This document shows positions 60,481-64,000 of a DNA stretch of 64,000 nucleotides, piece by piece. The notes under the pieces were generated by a model. It was not told the DNA's origin. It worked only from the letters and a program-made list of their open reading frames with translations, and ran no database searches. This DNA is from Eledone cirrhosa. Taxonomy: Eukaryota. Position 1 is the stretch's first letter; every line of letters starts with the position of its first letter. The translations under genes and the position numbers were made by a program. The DNA lies in NCBI GenBank assembly GCA_964016885.1, contig OZ024741.1, forward strand, positions 42,284,001 through 42,348,000, read 5' to 3'.

Positions 60481-63400
60481 TTAATCTAGCTGTCGTCTGT
60501 TCTACAGCGTAGATGTAATTCACTTCGCGCAGAAGTTTTGTTCAAATTTATTGCGGAAATTTTGTAAGTTCAATTTTAATTTTGATACTATTGTGTAGCT
60601 TGACCCCCCGTCTGAACTGTGTGGCGGTGGGTCAGCTTATCTTTGCTCCTCCCAGGGGTGAAAAACCTGTTTTAAAAATTTTGCGGCATAAAAAAATTTC
60701 AATCGTCTGACAGAAATGTTAAACGAAGCTAACGAAAATAGTGGTGGGGGGACAGCGGTAAGAGTTGTTAGCTCGCACGCTTTAGTCCCCCCCTTCCTTC
60801 CCAACTAACGTCATAGAGAAGGAAAGAAAAAATAAAATAAAAACAGACGAATCTGCGGAGAAAAATGACGAAAACACAAATCTGGACATTGATTCCAACA
60901 ACGAAAAAAAAAAATTTGAAAAATTACATGACAATATTAATACCACAAACAAAGACACGACAAACAAAAAAATGACATTTGAAAACAACATCATAACAGA
61001 AAGCAAAGCAGACGACAAAGTCAACACCAATAATATTTCATTTGCACAAACAACAAAGAAATCTTTGACATATATACCTGAAAATATTTCAGATGTGGCA
61101 CAAATAATTACAGACGCCAAACAATACATAACTGAAGGGGAAAATGGTATTTTATCGGTAAAAATGCCTCAAGAACTCACCAAAGACATTGAAAGTCGGA
61201 CGGTCGTTTTCCGCACCATCAACAACATTTCTAAAAAACCTCATCAGGCAACACAAACAGAAATCAAAGCAGTACTTACAGAAGTACTTAATGAAACCAC
61301 TTTCATAAGAAAAGACAGACTGTATGGAAGCCTAGCGATTATTATGAAGAACGAATCGGCGGCAAAAAAATATGCTTTGTCACAGATTCGTTCGACAAAT
61401 TTTACCTTTTATCCATCTTATATGGGTAAAAGAACTCAGCGCATATGGCTGGATGCAATGATGCCAGATGTGGACTACTGCTGGCTCATAGCTGGCTTCA
61501 TCGATCCAGCGAATGACAACGTGATTTCCATTGGGAAAACCACAGGCAATGCGTTCAGTGGAACAGGTATAGAACTTGTAGTGCAAATGAAGCCTGAACG
61601 CATCGCCCAAATACCCGACAGAATCCTATTAGAGGGCCACGGGTATATAAACATTAGCGTGGAGGGGAGAAGGCCGTCCTGTCATATCTGTGCAGGCAGA
61701 GGGCACCTGAAGGCGGCTTGTCCCCAACTCAACAAAAAGAAAACTCTGCTACCAACACCAGCTCCACCACCACCACAACAGATAAACAAACAACAAAACT
61801 CAGTCCCACCCAACCCGTCCCTCAGTAAAACTACACCACCACCACAACACAAACAGTCACAACACATTACCCCAAAACAAAATACAGTCCCACCCAACCC
61901 CTCACTCAATAAAACAACACAACCACCGCAGCCACAACACACAACACAGTCTAACATAGTGACATCCATCTCCCCCACAAAGAAAACCAACACGGAAACA
62001 TACCAGCAAACATATCCCTTCCCTCCAACACTGAAGATAACCAAACGAATTCGGAGGAAGAAACGGAGTCCTTCAGACAGATTAAAAGGAAAAAAAGAAA
62101 ACATGTGCAAGACACACAAGGCCAAACAACCCCTACCCAAATGTCAACACAATCCAACAAAACACAAAACACCCCTCCAGCAACAAACAAAACCAAACCT
62201 GCCCCTCCCCTCTTCGAAACACTCACACCATCCGAAAAAAGACATTACACTATACTTACATCAACAGAAACAATAATAAATTAAATGAACTCATAAACAA
62301 TAACCCTTCGGTACAAACCGAAGGTGTAAACTTTGTTTCTTCAGAAAACTACCCACATTTAAAATTAATAAAGATCCCAATGAACCTCTACCAAAAACTA
62401 AAAAAGGATTTTAAGGAAGACGTAGGACCACCCTCTGTCAAACCCATAAACCGCGTCCTACTAAAAAACTTTCCCCCTCCCCTTCCCCTCCCCAACACAA
62501 CTCCAAACACCCCAACCCCACCACATACTGACGACCCCACACCACCACAAGACACCCCTTCACCCAACACCCCCGACCCCATGGAAGTCGTGCGACCCGA
62601 ACCCCGGGAAGCATAAAGGTAGGTCTCTACACTCTCCTTTGGCTTTGCCGCCCACATGGATGTGTTAAGAGTAGGATGTTTGAATGCACGTGGCCTGGGC
62701 TCAACTTGGAAGCAAGCAAAGCTTCTAAATGACCTCAGGTCACGTGGTATTAATGTAATGGTTATCTGTGAGACTCGGATCAGCGTCGTGCGGCAGCTGG
62801 CCCCTACCTTCGATGACTTTGAGGTGCATGTATCTCTCTGTCAACCTGGAGGTGGGGGTGGGGTTGTCGTACTGCTGGAAAAACACCTGGGTCTCGCCGT
62901 ACAGGTTGTTCACTCGGACACGGAGGGTCGTTTGTTGGTGCTAGACGTTGGCAGTAGTGAAGGTGCGGCCTTGAGACTGGTCGCCGTCTACTCCCCTTTC
63001 GGAGCTGAACGGCTCGACTTCTTCCAGCGTTTGGAGACTTTTCTGGGAACGTCGCGTTCCCTGCTTCTAGCGGGGGATTGGAATGACATCCTAGATGCAC
63101 GTTGGGACTATGCAGGAGCATGTCCTAATAGAGGGGGGTGTAACAGCCTCAAGGGGTTACTCGACCGTTTTAACTTGGTCGATAGATATCGACTAGATTT
63201 TCCAACTGTTCCAACCTGGACTTGGACGAACCACAGTGGTCAATCTAGATCATACTTAGATAGATTCTTAGTTAGAAGTAAGGATAGGGACATATTAAGC
63301 TGTCCAGAAATGCTCACGGTTGGCTATACGGATCACAAATTAGTGACCTGCGTAGTCAATCTCGAGAAAACACATAAACAGGGTCCCGGTTACTGGAAAC

Positions 63401-64000
63401 TTAATTTGTCTTTACCGGCAAAAGAGACTTACAGAAACCGGATTAGCAGATTAGTTAAGGAGAGGTTGACGGGTGCAATCGTCAACAACCGATGGTGGGC
63501 ATCTCTCAAAAGAGAGATTAGAACAGAATCAATAAGTTATAGCAAGATGTTAGCTGCCGATAGGAATAGAAACGAGAAAGAATTAACAGGTAAATTAGAA
63601 GAGGCAATCAAGAGCGAAGATGTGGCCAGAGTGCTGGCATCTGGACGGCCTTGAACCAGTTTTTCGATGCAAAGCTCGAAGGCTGCGTCATTCGAAGTAA
63701 AATACGTGCTCTAGGTAATGAGGGGGCCAAAGCCGTTGGCTGGGCCCGCGTGACAGAAGCTAAGAGTGGAAATCGATCCACCATCGGGTCTTTGCAAGAC
63801 GAGGATGGACGGGTGATCCGGAGCCTAAGCAGATGTGCGAGGCCTTTCAAAGGCACTTTGCCCGATTATTCGGGGGAGGCGAGGGTCCGGGCGGGGACAT
63901 GGATTTCGGTCCATACCTCGACGGCCTGCCGCGTCTCTCGAGCGAAGAGGCAGAGTCCTGCGAGGGACCAATCTCGGCTGATGAGATCGGGGATGCGCTG
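60481..64000 (+). mobile_element. Second, diverged Tx1-clade LINE, running off the window end
   Basis: ORF1 60716-62616 (frameshifts near 60790 and 61900-62000; CHICAGRGHLKAAC). ORF2 from 62656 has an APE domain homologous to element 1, with frameshifts near 63645 and 63820. Confidence 0.92.

Overview
AT-rich, microsatellite-dense eukaryotic (invertebrate) DNA; the SINE and repeat repertoire resembles Octopus, which is an inference. No complete host gene is visible. Main contents: (1) an ~11.7-kb ACA-based minisatellite (~4000-15745) whose substitution pattern points to a Thr-Pro-Leu mucin-like reading frame, now broken by frameshifts and two stops; (2) many Penelope-like element (PLE) remnants, namely two Naiad-like GIY-YIG ORFs, a Neptune-like GIY-YIG fragment and about ten unrelated short terminal-repeat families. 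Most of these families carry a minimal hammerhead ribozyme (HHR) motif, sit in (TA)n and form fold-back palindromes centred at or beside the ribozyme; (3) two head-to-tail Tx1-clade LINEs plus a 3' fragment, all embedded in (ATCT)n; (4) RTE and CRE fragments, a 580-bp element in (ATGT)n, a decayed mariner, two non-autonomous Helitrons, a TTAA MITE and many tRNA-derived SINEs. Most ORF-track entries are microsatellite artefacts. Structures were paired by eye and boundaries are approximate to a few bases.
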